DNA of 60,164 nucleotides, counting the filler, from Nemertoderma westbladi (Eukaryota; Animalia; Xenacoelomorpha): the NCBI GenBank assembly GCA_032718475.1. It is 3 parts of 3 records of this genome, joined end to end, with 100 filler letters (N's around TTAATTAATTAA, not from the genome) between each part and the next. Parts side by side here need not be neighbours in the genome. Positions count along the whole stretch, not along the records: positions 1 to 27,452 come from JAUCBJ010009019.1; positions 27,553 to 54,265 come from JAUCBJ010007722.1; 1 more part is not named here. The stretch is one strand, 5' to 3'. This document shows positions 25,081-37,991 of the stretch, in pieces. Made by a program: the position numbers and the translations under genes. The notes under the pieces were generated by a model. It searched no databases and was not told the origin of the DNA. It saw only the letters and a program-made list of their open reading frames with translations. Positions within the stretch are counted from its first letter, which is position 1, and each line of letters opens with the position of its first letter.

Positions 25081-25709
25081 CTCTAGCCAATCAGGGAGCT
25101 AAATGCCATTTTATATTTAACACATACACAATAAATGCAATTTTTTTTTTATCTTCTTCATGTCCAAAAATCTGCAGAAAAATTGAGACAGGAAAGAAGC
25201 TAAGGGCTTCGTAATAAACTTCAGAGAATAACCATATAGCAGAGTAGAAGGTGGCTGACTTTTTATAAGATAAAATTTAATAAATAAAAATTAAATAAAA
25301 GCGATTAATTTCACTTGGCATGAACGGAATTAAACAACCGGTAGGCCTACGATTTTTCAAAAAAAAGACACACAGACTAAGTAGCAGTTAATGGAGTCTG
25401 AGAATAGTAGGCCTACTAGTCAAACAAGATGAAAGTTAGCCTAAAGCTATGCTGAGAAGGGTATGTTGATACAGACTTTCTGTCACCAAATCAACACTGA
25501 TCGATTGTATTTATTTGCAAAATGGTTTACAAGCAAGAGCACTGACAAATTGTGGGAACATACGTAGTATAAAACTGAGTATGAGTTTATTAACCCTATC
25601 CAGTGTCACAACCATTCCACCGCGAATGATTACTATTATTATTTCTATAATATCCTTGAGTATGCCACACTCTAAACCCCTAACCAGTACAATCCCTTTC
25701 GTTTGTTAG

Positions 25710-26290
25710 CGGCCCCAAGTCCATAATATTAAGATTATCGGATCTTCTCATGTTGATTACATCCACCAGTATATTAAGCACGATACAGACTGTGATAGTA
25801 ACTTTGGCCTACAACCAACAGTAGCAAGGGTTACTTTACAGCCGATATCGGGATTGATCTTTGCTGACCACAACCCCGGTGAGATCATGAGCCATTGGGA
25901 AAGGAAGCAGTGTGTTATTGTCCTCATTTTTGGAGGCAACGATCTCTGCGTTAGCAGCGTGGATTTCGTTGTGTCGAATTTGAGGAGAATAAAACAAGAT
26001 TACTCTGCCAATGGCTCCTCACTGGTATTATGGTCACAGATCTTTCCTCGCTTGATGCACCGTCGACATATCGACCTTTATCCCAATTTTAATATGAGGT
26101 GGGTAGCAACAAACGAGCAAATAGTCAAATGGCTCAATCATACAAACTATGGCTGTGCCATTGCCACGAGAGGTCCCCTATGCCACCTAATTGAGGGTGG
26201 GTCAGTAATATCCTTGATTCAGGCAGCATGCATCTCAATAAAGACCATGGGCAAGGGAAGTTGTACGTCACAATCCGGTATGCTCTGCTT
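25710..26290 (+). pseudogene. SGNH/GDSL hydrolase, nearly complete, frameshift before block V
   Basis: IKIIGSSHV (block I), ISGL (II) and IFGGNDLC (III) in one frame; ILDSGSMHLN (V) in a shifted frame at about 26210-26240. Confidence 0.8.
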
Positions 26291-27452
26291 TTTGTGATTT
26301 CACATTAAGTTAGAGTGTGCATGTTCTAACCAAAACGGCCCTTATAAGAGCCAAACAATAAAGAAAAGTACTGTAAGTTATGGTGCGACAAGTATGTGTG
26401 ACTATGCGAAATGTTGGGGTGTGTACAGTACAGGCGAATCCAACGTTGGTATGCGTGGTGGTGGGGGGGAAGGGGGGGGGGGGATTGGTGTGGATTAATA
26501 TGGTATGATTATGCGGAATATGGTAAGTATGTAGGTGTGTGTGGGGGGTGAAGATCATTTTTTCAGTTTTTGAAATGTGATTAAATTAAATCACTGTAGA
26601 ATGTAGAACATTTAGAAACAAAACCTCCCACCATAATAGTGGAAAAACTTAAAAGAAATTTAGACTTCAATAAAATTAAAAAAAAACAGAGAAATCATGT
26701 GGCGTAAATAACATGCTCCACATGGTTTCAGACAAAATGTCTCCATATTCACAGATTCGTTCTTGTAAAAACTACATAAACGGTAATAAGAAAGTCTCAT
26801 TCCATCACATTCACGAGTAACCAGATGTAGGCGCTGACAATAAATAACCCGTTATGTGTGGACTCCTACTGGCAAGTTGAAATTGACTATATTATTTTAC
26901 ATTTTTCAAAATTAAAAAAAAAAAGGTTTACCAAGCTAATTTTCTCCAGAGGTTTTTTGGCCTTCTGTAGCTTCTGGCCATATTAAGGATATGTACTAAC
27001 TGTGTGACTGTAGGCTACAAACTGCGGTGTAGTAGGATTTCATTCCTTAGTAGTAGTACTTCATAGTAGTTCTTCATTTGAATTGAACATTTCCGCAAGA
27101 TTGGAGACGCTCTACTTGAGGTAGTTTACGGTTAGTTGTTATCGTTGCATTCATTAATTTGCATTTATTAATTATGTTGGTGTGCGTGGAGGCTTTTTAT
27201 TGAAATTTTATATATGAAGACTTTTATTTTTAGTAATTTATCATTTAAATTTATTATTTATTAAGTGTTCTATAGCGTTTTATATATATATATATTATTT
27301 CTGTCTTATAACCTGTACATATACTAATCTGTTTATTGTTTTGGTTAGATTCAGCCCTTCTATAACCTGTGCTTTTGGTGAAAACTTGGTATTCTTCACA
27401 AGGGGGTAACTGCAAAGTGAAATATAACATCAGAAAGTCTGGTATTCTAAGT

Positions 27453-27552
27453 NNNNNNNNNNNNNNNNNNNNNNNNNNNNNNNNNNNNNNNNNNNNTTAA
27501 TTAATTAANNNNNNNNNNNNNNNNNNNNNNNNNNNNNNNNNNNNNNNNNNNN
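27453..27552. other. assembly gap / artificial contig linker
   Basis: 44 N + TTAATTAATTAA (stops in all six frames) + 44 N. Confidence 0.97.
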
Positions 27553-27608
27553 AATAAAGACATATAAATTTCGGCAGGTTAAACTGCTGAAGGTCTATAA
27601 AAGCGCGT

Positions 27609-28164
27609 ACAGGCAGGAGTATAACCAGTACTTCTATGCGAGTCCATTATCGCCACAGGCAGGAGTATAACCAGTACTTCTATGCGAGTCCATTATCGCC
27701 ACAGGCAGGAGTATAACCAGTACTTCTATGCGAGTCCATTATCGCCACAGGCAGGAGTATAACCAGTACTTCTATGCGAGTCCATTATCGCCACAGGCAG
27801 GAGTATAACCAGTACTTCTATGCGAGTCCATTATCGCCACAGGCAGGAGTATAACCAGTACTTCTATGCGAGTCCATTATCGCCACAGGCAGGAGTATAA
27901 CCAGTACTTCTATGCGAGTCCATTATCGCCACAGGCAGGAGTATAACCAGTACTTCTATGCGAGTCCATTATCGCCACAGGCAGGAGTATAACCAGTACT
28001 TCTATGCGAGTCCATTATCGCCACAGGCAGGAGTATAACCAGTACTTCTATGCGAGTCCATTATCGCCACAGGCAGGAGTATAACCAGTACTTCTATGCG
28101 AGTCCATTATCGCCACAGGCAGGAGTATAACCAGTACTTCTATGCGAGTCCATTATCGCCACAG
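27609..28164. repeat. 46-bp minisatellite, 12 identical copies
   Basis: (acaggcaggagtataaccagtacttctatgcgagtccattatcgcc)x12 + acag, no spacers. Confidence 0.97.
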
Positions 28165-28436
28165 TGGAAAGTGTACTTTTATACGGGGGTGAGACCTGGA
28201 CACTGACCAAATCACATGGAACACCGAATAGATAGTTGCTACACAAGACTACTAAGGGCAGCCCTAAACATCAGCTGGAGACATCACACGACAAACGCCG
28301 AGCTTTATTGTACGTACAGTACTAAACTGTGTACTGAACTTGAGAGAAACGAAATTGCGACAACTATGGAGAATCGGGAAGCCTGGAAGGATCTCATTTC
28401 CACTGTCCGAGTTCACTCGACCTAGTAGTAGTAGTA
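28155..28436 (+). mobile_element. 5'-truncated RTE-type LINE 3' end
   Basis: IATVESVLLYGGETWTLTKS / MEHRIDSCYTRLLRAALNISWRHHTTNAELY ... MENREAWK, stop, then a (TAG)n tail. Confidence 0.8.
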
Positions 28437-28508
28437 CTGTATATACAGTAGGTCTATAATACATCTGTTTCAAAACTTTCTTCAAAATATAAAATTAATA
28501 GATTAACT

Positions 28509-29080
28509 GGACGGTTTTATGCAAAAGGGTGTTATCCCACATTTTGTCGAAATTGAGTTTTTGGTATCATTCGATAGAGGAAAGTGTAATCTACCTAATT
28601 GAGATCATATTATTGCCCAATAATTCGAGGAAATGTCTTAAAAATACAAGAAAGTTAAGCGACAATCCGGATTTGTGATTACTGTAGATTAGTCAAAGAG
28701 TGTTAAACCACAAATAATATTGAAAAAAAGATTTAATCCACATAATAATTGTGTGGCTTGACATCTTTTGACATATTTTTGCAATTATGACACCTTTTGA
28801 CAATTTAATGTTTTGCCAAATATGAAGTTTTCCAAAAGGGTTAATATGAGTGTTAACATGATGTTAACAAAGGGCCAGATTTTGATCAATATTTCTGAGA
28901 AAATTCTATATTCTAGCAGAAAAACGTGAAAAATAATTTAATTTTCCTAAATGTTTTCTTATAAAAACACAACAGTATCTGGATAATACAACAACGATCA
29001 CACAGGATGTTAAAAACTTTAATATCGATTATCTCAAATGTAACTTTTGTGGCCTAACACCCTTTTGCATAACACCGTCC
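28509..29080. mobile_element. 572-bp MITE with 26-bp TIRs and 4-bp TSD (Sola-like)
   Basis: ggacggttttatgcaaaagggtgtta ... taacacccttttgcataacaccgtcc, with AACT on both sides (28505-28508, 29081-29084). Confidence 0.85.
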
Positions 29081-31422
29081 AACTGGCAGTCTAGAAATGG
29101 GCATCATTTGGGCGATTGGGAGGAAGGACATATACATGAAGAATGTATCGGTTAGACTGACAGACAGACAGATACAAAGTACAGTAGGCCTATAGCTTTC
29201 AGCAAATAACAAATACCAAGCATTGTTTCATTTTATTGAAAATTTTAAGACAGATATATTTGTATACGTGTCCACTTTACACTATGTAACCACATCTGGA
29301 ATTTAAATCTGTTTGATTTACGCTTAATATTTTATACATATTTTATAACCTGGATTATATATATATGCAGATACTGTATATCAAAAGTGGATTAAGCGAA
29401 ATATCAATAACCAATTCGCTAAATGTATTTTTCCAATGAAATAATTTAGCAGAAAATTCATTTTCGTACGAATACCGTACTTTACATTTCTTTTCAAGGC
29501 TAGTGCTCAGTTTTGAATGGGCGAATCCAAAAAATACTGCTCATTACTGTTTCCCATAAATTGTTTGATTAAAAAAAACTAATAATTTCGTATTTCCAAG
29601 GGTGTTCGGTGATGTATTTATATGTAGTTAAAATTCAAAAATATGTGCAAATGTCCCGTAGTTTACGATGGAATGTGCCTATAATGTAATTACACTCTGT
29701 ACACCTTTTACCTGACGATCAACCGACTCAACGATAAAGATACAACGAAGAAATTTATAAAACGTAATTCGAGTATACAGTAAATGATTGGTAACCCAAT
29801 ACAACAGTAACTTACTGTAGGACTATTGTACCTACTTCTTAAACTGCAAACGGAAGTGGAAATTTAACTGCCGATTTAAAAGAATGTTGATTCCAGGTAT
29901 TTGATTTCAGGCAAATTGTTCTAACTTTTCATACCGTGAAGTTATAAACTTTCAGTTTCGAAGGTTTTATGTACAATTCGGGATGTTTGAAGCACTAGCT
30001 CTAGTGAATCGCCCACTTTGTTGAATTTTTGTTGTAGGTAATTGGGACACTTACCTTCCATTATAAACTTTATGCACTAGTTTAGACATAACTGCTTAAC
30101 TCTAATATCTAAATTAAGTAGGCCTAGTCCCGATTCAGAAGAATCATGGGGAGTAGTCGTGGTGCCACGGTTTTAGTCTTTAATCACTGTGTTTAATCTC
30201 TTCCCAAAGGTCCATGTGTTTCCAAGACCAGACTATCTGGAATACCATCCCGAGCGATTCCCGGAACAAAAAATTTAAATTTTAGCATTCTCCAAAAGCT
30301 ACTAAATTTATTTTAGAATTTATTATAAATTGTAAATCTAGATTGACAATGCCAATATAGGATCATACCGCCCCACACTATATCTCCAATGATTTACAAT
30401 ACGTAAACAATGATATTGAACACCGCGCCCGATTAAATAAAACGGGGTAGGCCAACAATGCGTATAATCTTTACTTTACTGTATGTATAATTTTGCACTA
30501 CAATGCAAATATGCGGACAATATAATAAATAATAAATACAATAGGCCTCTAGGCCTACATAAACAGATCCAACTAAAGACGGTTTGGTTATTGCAATATT
30601 TAAATTAATTACAACATACGCACAGCTCTTTGTCAAATAGATAATGATTTCAAATTTTAAATTCATAAATTGCTCAACATTTAATGCGCCATTTATGGCA
30701 ACGGTTAAACTGTAATATTGTAAGTCTTCTCTACTTTTCAGCATTTGGTTTCTAAATTGTAGTACTAATGCATATAGACCCCCAGTATGATATATATATA
30801 CTGTATATAGTTTTATGATATCATCATTAGAGTGTGTGTCCTTATTGGATCAGTAGAAAGAAGCCAAGCACATCCGTACATGTGAACATCTCAAAGTGTA
30901 AAATATTGTTACAGTAAGAAAATAATATGCTTAATAAAGTTACATAATGGAAATTTTCCGAAAATTCTGCTACTTTTGTGGGTTATGTTATATTGTAGGG
31001 GCCTAGCTATAAATACAGTAGCTTAGTAAGTTAGGCCTACTACAGTAGGGGCCTAGCTACATATAAATACAGTTACTGTAGCTTAGTAAGGTAGGCTACA
31101 GTACTACAGTAGGAGGGGCCTACAACAGAATAAACTGGACTGGCCAGTGTTGATCGGCTGAATATCAAATCCCAAACAAATAACAACCAAAACAATAAAT
31201 ACAGTTTATATAAACATGATTGTATGAAAAGGTGCACCTTTCAGAGTTAGGGACCCGAGTGTATTTACATACTGTATGTACCGAACGAGCGCAGCGAGGG
31301 AGGGAGGGTTACATAAACAAGGGCCTTTAACATTGTATCGTGTAATTTTTAGAAAATTATGTAGGTAATTTTGTTTCATTAAGACAACATATTGGCGTTC
31401 TGAACTCATAATTAATGACTTA

Positions 31423-31619
31423 GGCCGCGTTCACACTACTGAGTCAAAGTCAAAGTCAAAAGACAAAATGTAAAACATAATCACAGGAAATTGAATATTT
31501 TCTAGAATGCCCTTATATATTATATTGGGCCTACATAATGTATTATTATTTATTATTGCTAGCTAGCTATATTTATTTTCTTTTGACTTTGACTTTGACT
31601 CGGTAGTGTGAACGCGGCC
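31423..31619. mobile_element. PIF/Harbinger (Tourist-like) MITE, 197 bp
   Basis: About 40-bp TIRs ggccgcgttcacactactgagtcaaagtcaaagtcaaaag; TTA target-site duplication on both sides. Confidence 0.9.
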
Positions 31620-32415
31620 TTACACAGCATGGTAGCAATCATCCACGCGAGACCTAGAACAATGGAGAAGTGCATATAATACTGAAGACTTATCTGGAGT
31701 AAGTCTTCAGTATTAATTATAGCCTATACATATACAATACTTATCCATTGTTCAGTTTATTGATTACTTTTCAGGGCCTCGCAACACTAAAAACTAGAAG
31801 GCCCTAATTTTAAACCTTAACCAAATTTCACTAGAGATTTTACAGTGTTGGCATATGTATAACATAATAATTAATATAATAACATCGACGTTGAGTAAAT
31901 AATGACAAAGCATTGGCAATCTATGGTAGGGCTATTGTAAAATAGAAATAACAGGCTACTCAATAGAAATAGAAGACGACGAGTATAAACTACAGTATAC
32001 CAAAAATTTACATAAAATTATATTTTTGAGAAAAAAACTTAATGTAAATATCTGATATAAACTGTAGGCTTCACATACAAAGTAAAAAAATAATAGTTTT
32101 CACTTTAGAATCATTGTTGTGTCAATGTGCCAGAAAGAAAACATACTGTACTGTATGTGTAGGTAACAAACTATCAGATAATGTTATAGACAACTCTAGT
32201 GTTATTAGTACGTCTACCTGTATATAATAAGAAAAGATCCTGCTTGGTATTAGTTGACTAAAATAAGTAAATATCATAGCATCAAAATTAATGTAATAAT
32301 AAATATTAAATTATTTAATAAAATTAATAATTCTATGTGACACCAAGTGATTGTGTACTGGGCTTTAACAAGGAACGATGGAAGGTATTGCTTAATCCAC
32401 CGCTAGAGGGCGTTA

Positions 32416-32652
32416 TCAACAAGTACACATAGAAGGATCGGAAGCTTCGTCTAGTTGAAGTTTCTTACGATTGTTATTGGACGAGAGGTTACCATAGTAA
32501 TCTGTCCCTGTAAGTGAGCTATCTACACAGAGTTCCATACGCAACATGACTTTATTGAGCAGACACTCTACAGCCTCAGCTACGTTGTCCCCACCAGCCG
32601 CCGACGTTTCGAAGAAGGCGAATCCGTAACTGTCCGCGAGATCCTGTCCATC
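32416..32652 (-). CDS. Rab27: Rab27 GTPase, coding exon 4 (last)
   Basis: Acceptor gatag| then DGQDLADSYGFAFFETSAA...AVECLLNKVMLRME...DPSMCTC-stop (G5 motif and CxC prenylation site); 237 nt, phase 0. Confidence 0.93.
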   Translation of the reverse strand, partial: DGQDLADSYGFAFFETSAAGGDNVAEAVECLLNKVMLRMELCVDSSLTGTDYYGNLSSNNNRKKLQLDEASDPSMCTC

Positions 32653-32987
32653 CTATCAACCAATCAGAATGTCGGTTAACCTTACTGCACTAAACTAATG
32701 TATATGTACACGTTTACACGCACAGTACTAATTCATCGTATACATAACAGGAAAAACCATGAGAAAAACGTAAAGGATATTCAAGACCATGATGATGAGT
32801 TTTAGTAATATAGAATATTTCGTGTATCTGGTACATCTCTTCAGGTCATTCCAAGGTTTATGTAAAAATCACATTCTTCTACATCAAACCTGTGTTTATG
32901 TGCAATACTGTATATTTTTAAAATTGTACTACAGTAAGTATCAGTTATATTAATACTAATAATATTAACTAATAATTAATTATTAAC

Positions 32988-33242
32988 CTTTATGGAAACC
33001 TGTCGACGGTGCCCTAAGTCGATCTTATTGGCACAGAGAACCACGTCCGGTTTGTCGCTGTACGAGTGAGTTTGCAGCTGGCTCACCCAATTGCGAACGT
33101 TTACAAACGACTGCTCGTTCGTGACGTCATAGACTAAAAGGAAACCCATGGCGTCACGGAAGAAGGCAGTGGTTAGGGAGCGGAATCTCTCCTGCCCAGC
33201 GGTGTCCCATAGCTGTAGATGGACTCGGTGGGACCGGCCAAC
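32988..33242 (-). CDS. Rab27: Rab27 GTPase, coding exon 3
   Basis: tttcag|[36 protein letters not shown]...NKIDL...VSIK|gttaat; 255 nt; [12 protein letters not shown] is Rab27-typical. Confidence 0.96.
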
Positions 33243-34806
33243 CTGAAAGGTAATTAATCCCACATTAATCTATTTAATCTAACGTTTTCTTATACAGTGC
33301 TGTATGCCTAGAGTACAGTACATATACCGTAGCATTCGAATAGGTAAATCAAGCAACGTGTTATGTTGCTACGATCACAAAATACACATTCTCGCGCAAA
33401 GAAAATAAAGTAAATAAGTCATGAGTAGACAAGATGTTTATATTGGTGTATCGCAATTTAGGATTTGCTTTGGTGTGTGTTAGTGTGGTAAAGTATCAAC
33501 GTATGTATAGCTTGGACATGGACAGACAAGGGTGTTGGGTTGGTCTATTTAGGCCTATAGTCTATCTTTCAGTTCGCAGTAAGCAGCTAACTGTACTGTA
33601 CTACTGTGTATATAGCAACAGTGACATAGGTAAAAGACCATACTATGGAGAGCCCGGTGATATTGTGAGGTGTCTACTAATAAATAATGCGTCTACATTT
33701 ATCAGGTTGCCAGTATAAATATAAAGTAATTACTAATAGTAATCACTTTATCTCTCAGTAATGAATTACTGTCGTATACGACGTTTTGTATCCGACAGTA
33801 AATATAATAATACATTACACAATTTATTGATTTATTTGACATACAGTTAGTACAGTACTGTATACTGGTTTAATTTCAGCTGCATTCGATAGTAATTAGG
33901 TAAGCAACAACATCTCTGACTGAACAACTAAGTTCGGTACATTAGAATTATTCCCAGATATAGTAATGCCAACTACAAACAGTGTGTGAGTGTGATAGCT
34001 CGCTCCGTTAGAACTTGGGAGCTTTCACTTCCAAATAATATCATACGCCCACATTAAAGTATACAGTACCGACGTACAGTATCTACAGTACTGTACACAT
34101 AAGATACGGCTTTCCCGTGAGATAAAAGCTTTCCATCGGTTGTGCTGTACCGTGGTAACATCCCTGCCTGGCCAACTATCACTTCCTCTCGTTGTGAGGC
34201 CTGACACGTTTATTGTCCGGATTTTAATGGGAAGCTTAAGATGAAAAATAGGTAACTATGGCGCTATTTGCCATGTGATAATAAAAAATGGACAGCAAAC
34301 ACACCGTTATCATTAATCAAAGGAATTTAACAGTTAGGCTGGGCTATCTATCTATCACAGATGAGAAAACAGGTTTCTTTGTTTCTTTTGTCTGACCCCA
34401 TCGGCGTATTATAATGTAGAACAGCAACAGTAACTCTCAGAGCTGAGGTCATAAGCAATAACTACCGACATTAAGTTATTGTTGTATGCACGGCTAGTAC
34501 GGTAAGACAATGTATGTAGCTATAACCTCAACAAACACCGCCTAACTCGGCTCTCTTTCATATTACTTCATCATAAAATCAGTGACCCGTTGCCAACGTA
34601 ATTAACGGAATTTGAGCTCGACGAAAAAATTTCGAACATGTTTTACAAGCATTGACCGCAGCCAACGGGTAAATGGGTAGAATACCGCCACTGGATATCA
34701 TAAATGCTGACGTTTTCTAATAATATATCTGTGACGAGATATTAAGTTTACATTACAGGTCAACATAGCGAGGATTGTAATAGACATGAGGAATGAAATC
34801 TACCAG

Positions 34807-37686
34807 TAGTGTAGAGAGATATGTACTGTATCCACCCACCCACACACCCGCGGCTAGTGTAGAGAGATATGTACTGTATCCACCCACACACCCGCGGCTA
34901 GTGTAGAGAGATATGTACTGTATCCACAAACACACCCACGGCTAGTGTAGAGAGACATATGTACTGTATCCACCCACCCACACACCCGCGGCTAGTGTAG
35001 ATAGATATGTACTGTATCCACCTACACACCCGCGGCTAGTGTAGAGAGATATGTACTGTATCCACCTACACACCCGCGGCTAGTGTAGAGAGATATGTAC
35101 TGTATCCACAAAGACACCCACGGCTAGTGTAGACTGTAGAGAGATATGTACTGTATCAACCCACACACCCGCGGCTAGTGTAGAGATATATGTACTGTAT
35201 CCACCCACACACCCGCGGCTAGTGTAGATATATGTACTGTATCCACCCACACACCCGCGGCTAGTGTAGAGAGATATGTACTGTATCCACCCACACACCC
35301 GCGGCTAGTGTAGAGAGATATGTACTGTATCCACAAACACACCCGCGGCTAGTGTAGACTGTAGAGAGATATGTACTGTATCAACCCACACACCCGCGGC
35401 TAGTGTAGAGAGATATGTACTGTATCCACCCACACACCCGCGGCTAGTGTAGAGATATGTACTGTATCCACCCACACACCCGCGGCTAGTGTAGAGAGAT
35501 ATGTACTGTAATCAACCCACCCACACCCGCGGCTAGTGTAGAGAGATATGTACTGTATCCACAAACACACCCGCGGCTAAGGAAGACTGTAGAGAGATAT
35601 GTACTGTATCAACCCACATACCCGCGGCTAGTGTAGAGAGATATGTACTGTATCCACCCACACACCCGCGGCTAGTGTAGAGATATGTACTGTATCCACC
35701 CACACACCCGCGGCTAGTGTAGAGAGATATGTACTGTAATCAACCCACCCACACCCGCGGCTAGTGTAGAGAGATATGTACTGTATCCACCCACACACCC
35801 GCGGCTAGTGTAGAGAGATATGTACTGTATCCACCCACACACCCGCGGCTAGTGTAGAGAGATATGTACTGTATCCACCCACCCACACACCCGCGGCTAG
35901 TGTAGAGAGATATGTACTGTATCCACCCACCCACACACCCTCTGCTAGTGTAGAGAGATATGTACTGTATCCACCCACACACCCGCGGCTAGTGTAGAGA
36001 GATATGTACTGTATCCACCCACACACCCGCGGCTAGTGTAGACTGTAGAGAGATATGTACTGTATCAACCCACACACCCGCGGCTAGTGTAGACTGTAGA
36101 GAGATATGTACTGTATCAACCCACACACCCGCGGCTAGTGTAGAGAGATATGTACTGCATCCACCCACACACCCGCGGCTAGTGTAGAGAGATATGTACT
36201 GTATCCACCCACACACCCGCGGCTAGTGTAGAGATATATGTACTGTATCCACCCACACACACGCGGCTAGTGTAGATAGATATGTACTGTATCAACCCAC
36301 ACACCCGCGGCTAGTGTAGAGAGACATATGTACTGTATCCACCCACACACCCGCGGCTAGTGTAGAGAGATATGTACTGTATCCACCCACACACCCGCGG
36401 CTAGTGTAGAAAGATATGTACTGTAGCCACCCACCCACACACCCGCGGCTAGTGTAAAGAGATATGTACTGTATCACCCACACACCCGCGGCTAGTGTAG
36501 AGAGATATGTACTGTATCCACCCACCCACACACCCGCGGCTAGTGTAGAGAGATATGTACTGTATCCACCCACACACCCGCGGCTAGTGTAGAGAGATAT
36601 GTACTGTATCCACCCACACACCCGCGGCTAGTGTAGACTGTAGAGAGATATGTACTGTATCAACCCACACACCCGCGGCTAGTGTAGAGAGATATGTACT
36701 GCATCCACCCACACACCCGCGGCTAGTGTAGAGAGAATATGTACTGTATCCACCCACACACCCGCGGCTAGTGTAGAGATATATGTACTGTATCCACCCA
36801 CACACCCGCGGCTAGTGTAGAGAGATATGTACTGTATCAACCCACACACCCGCGGCTAGTGTAGAGAGACATATGTACTGTATCCACCCACACACCCGCG
36901 GCTAGTGTAGAGAGACATATGTACTGTATCCACCCACACACCCGCGGCTAGTAAGTGTAGAGAGATATGTACTGTATCCACCCACACACCCGCGGCTAGT
37001 GTAGAGAGATATGTACTGTATCCACCCACCCACACACCCGCGGCTAGTGTAAAGAGATATGTACTGTATCACCCACACACCCGCGGCTAGTGTAGAGAGA
37101 CATATGTACTGTATCAACCCACCCACACACCCGCGGCTAGTGTAGAGAGATATGTACTGTATCCACCCACACACCCGCGGCTAGTGTAGAGAGATATGTA
37201 CTGTATCCACCCACACACCCGCGGCTAGTGTAGACTGTAGAGAGATATGTACTGTATCAACCCACACACCCGCGGCTAGTGTAGAGAGATATGTACTGTA
37301 TCAACCGACACACCCGCGGCTAGTGTAGAGAGATATGTACTGTATCCACCCACCCACACACCCGCGGCTAGTGTAGAGAGATATGTACTGTATCCACCCA
37401 CCCACACACCCGCGGCTCGTGTAGAGAGATATGTACTGTATCCACCCACCCACACACCCGCGGCTAGTGTAGAGAGATATGTCCTGTATCCACCCACACA
37501 CCCGCGGCTAGTGTAGAGAGACATATGTACTGTATCAACCCACACACCCGCGGCTAGTGTAGACTGTAGAGAGATATGTACTGTAGCCACCCACACACCC
37601 GCGGCTAGTGTAGAGAGATATGTACTGTAGCCACCCACACACCCGCGGCTAGTGTAGAGAGATATGTACTGTATCCACCCACACAC
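34807..37686. repeat. 44-bp minisatellite, roughly 60-65 copies, in Rab27 intron 2
   Basis: ctagtgtagagagatatgtactgtatccacccacacacccgcgg with recurrent variants (+ccac, +actgtag, caac). Confidence 0.97.
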
Positions 37687-37991
37687 AGTACTTGCACATT
37701 TCGCATTATATGAATTAAATTTGAAAAAAAGGGGAAGAGGGTGTGCTCCCTGTTGTTAAAGAAAAGTTGCTACATGAACGTGGTTGGGGTAGCGTGGGCG
37801 TTTCAGGGGATATAATTTGGATTGAAACTTATAATTTTAAACTGAATAGTAAAAAAATTATCCGGAAGAAATTTCATGGCAGTATGATATACCGGTAGTA
37901 TTAAGTATTACAGAGTCTCTATAATTAAGCCCGCGCCCGCCATTCAAGAGGCCTACTCAGTACTCGATCTACTATTTCAATATATTATATT

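Noticed and set aside
27497-27508. TTAATTAATTAA island within N runs (also 54310-54321)
   Set aside because: Symmetric 44N-12-44N six-frame-stop linker is an assembly artefact; adjacency across it is not evidence.
27609-28164. CRISPR-like regular array
   Set aside because: Units are identical end to end with no unique spacers; eukaryotic context; no cas genes seen.
32976-33263. Stand-alone 95-aa Rab ORF
   Set aside because: It is exon 3 of the spliced gene plus intron read-through.
34753-37686. Multiple MCGWIQYISLYTSRG ORFs
   Set aside because: Translations of the 44-bp minisatellite.
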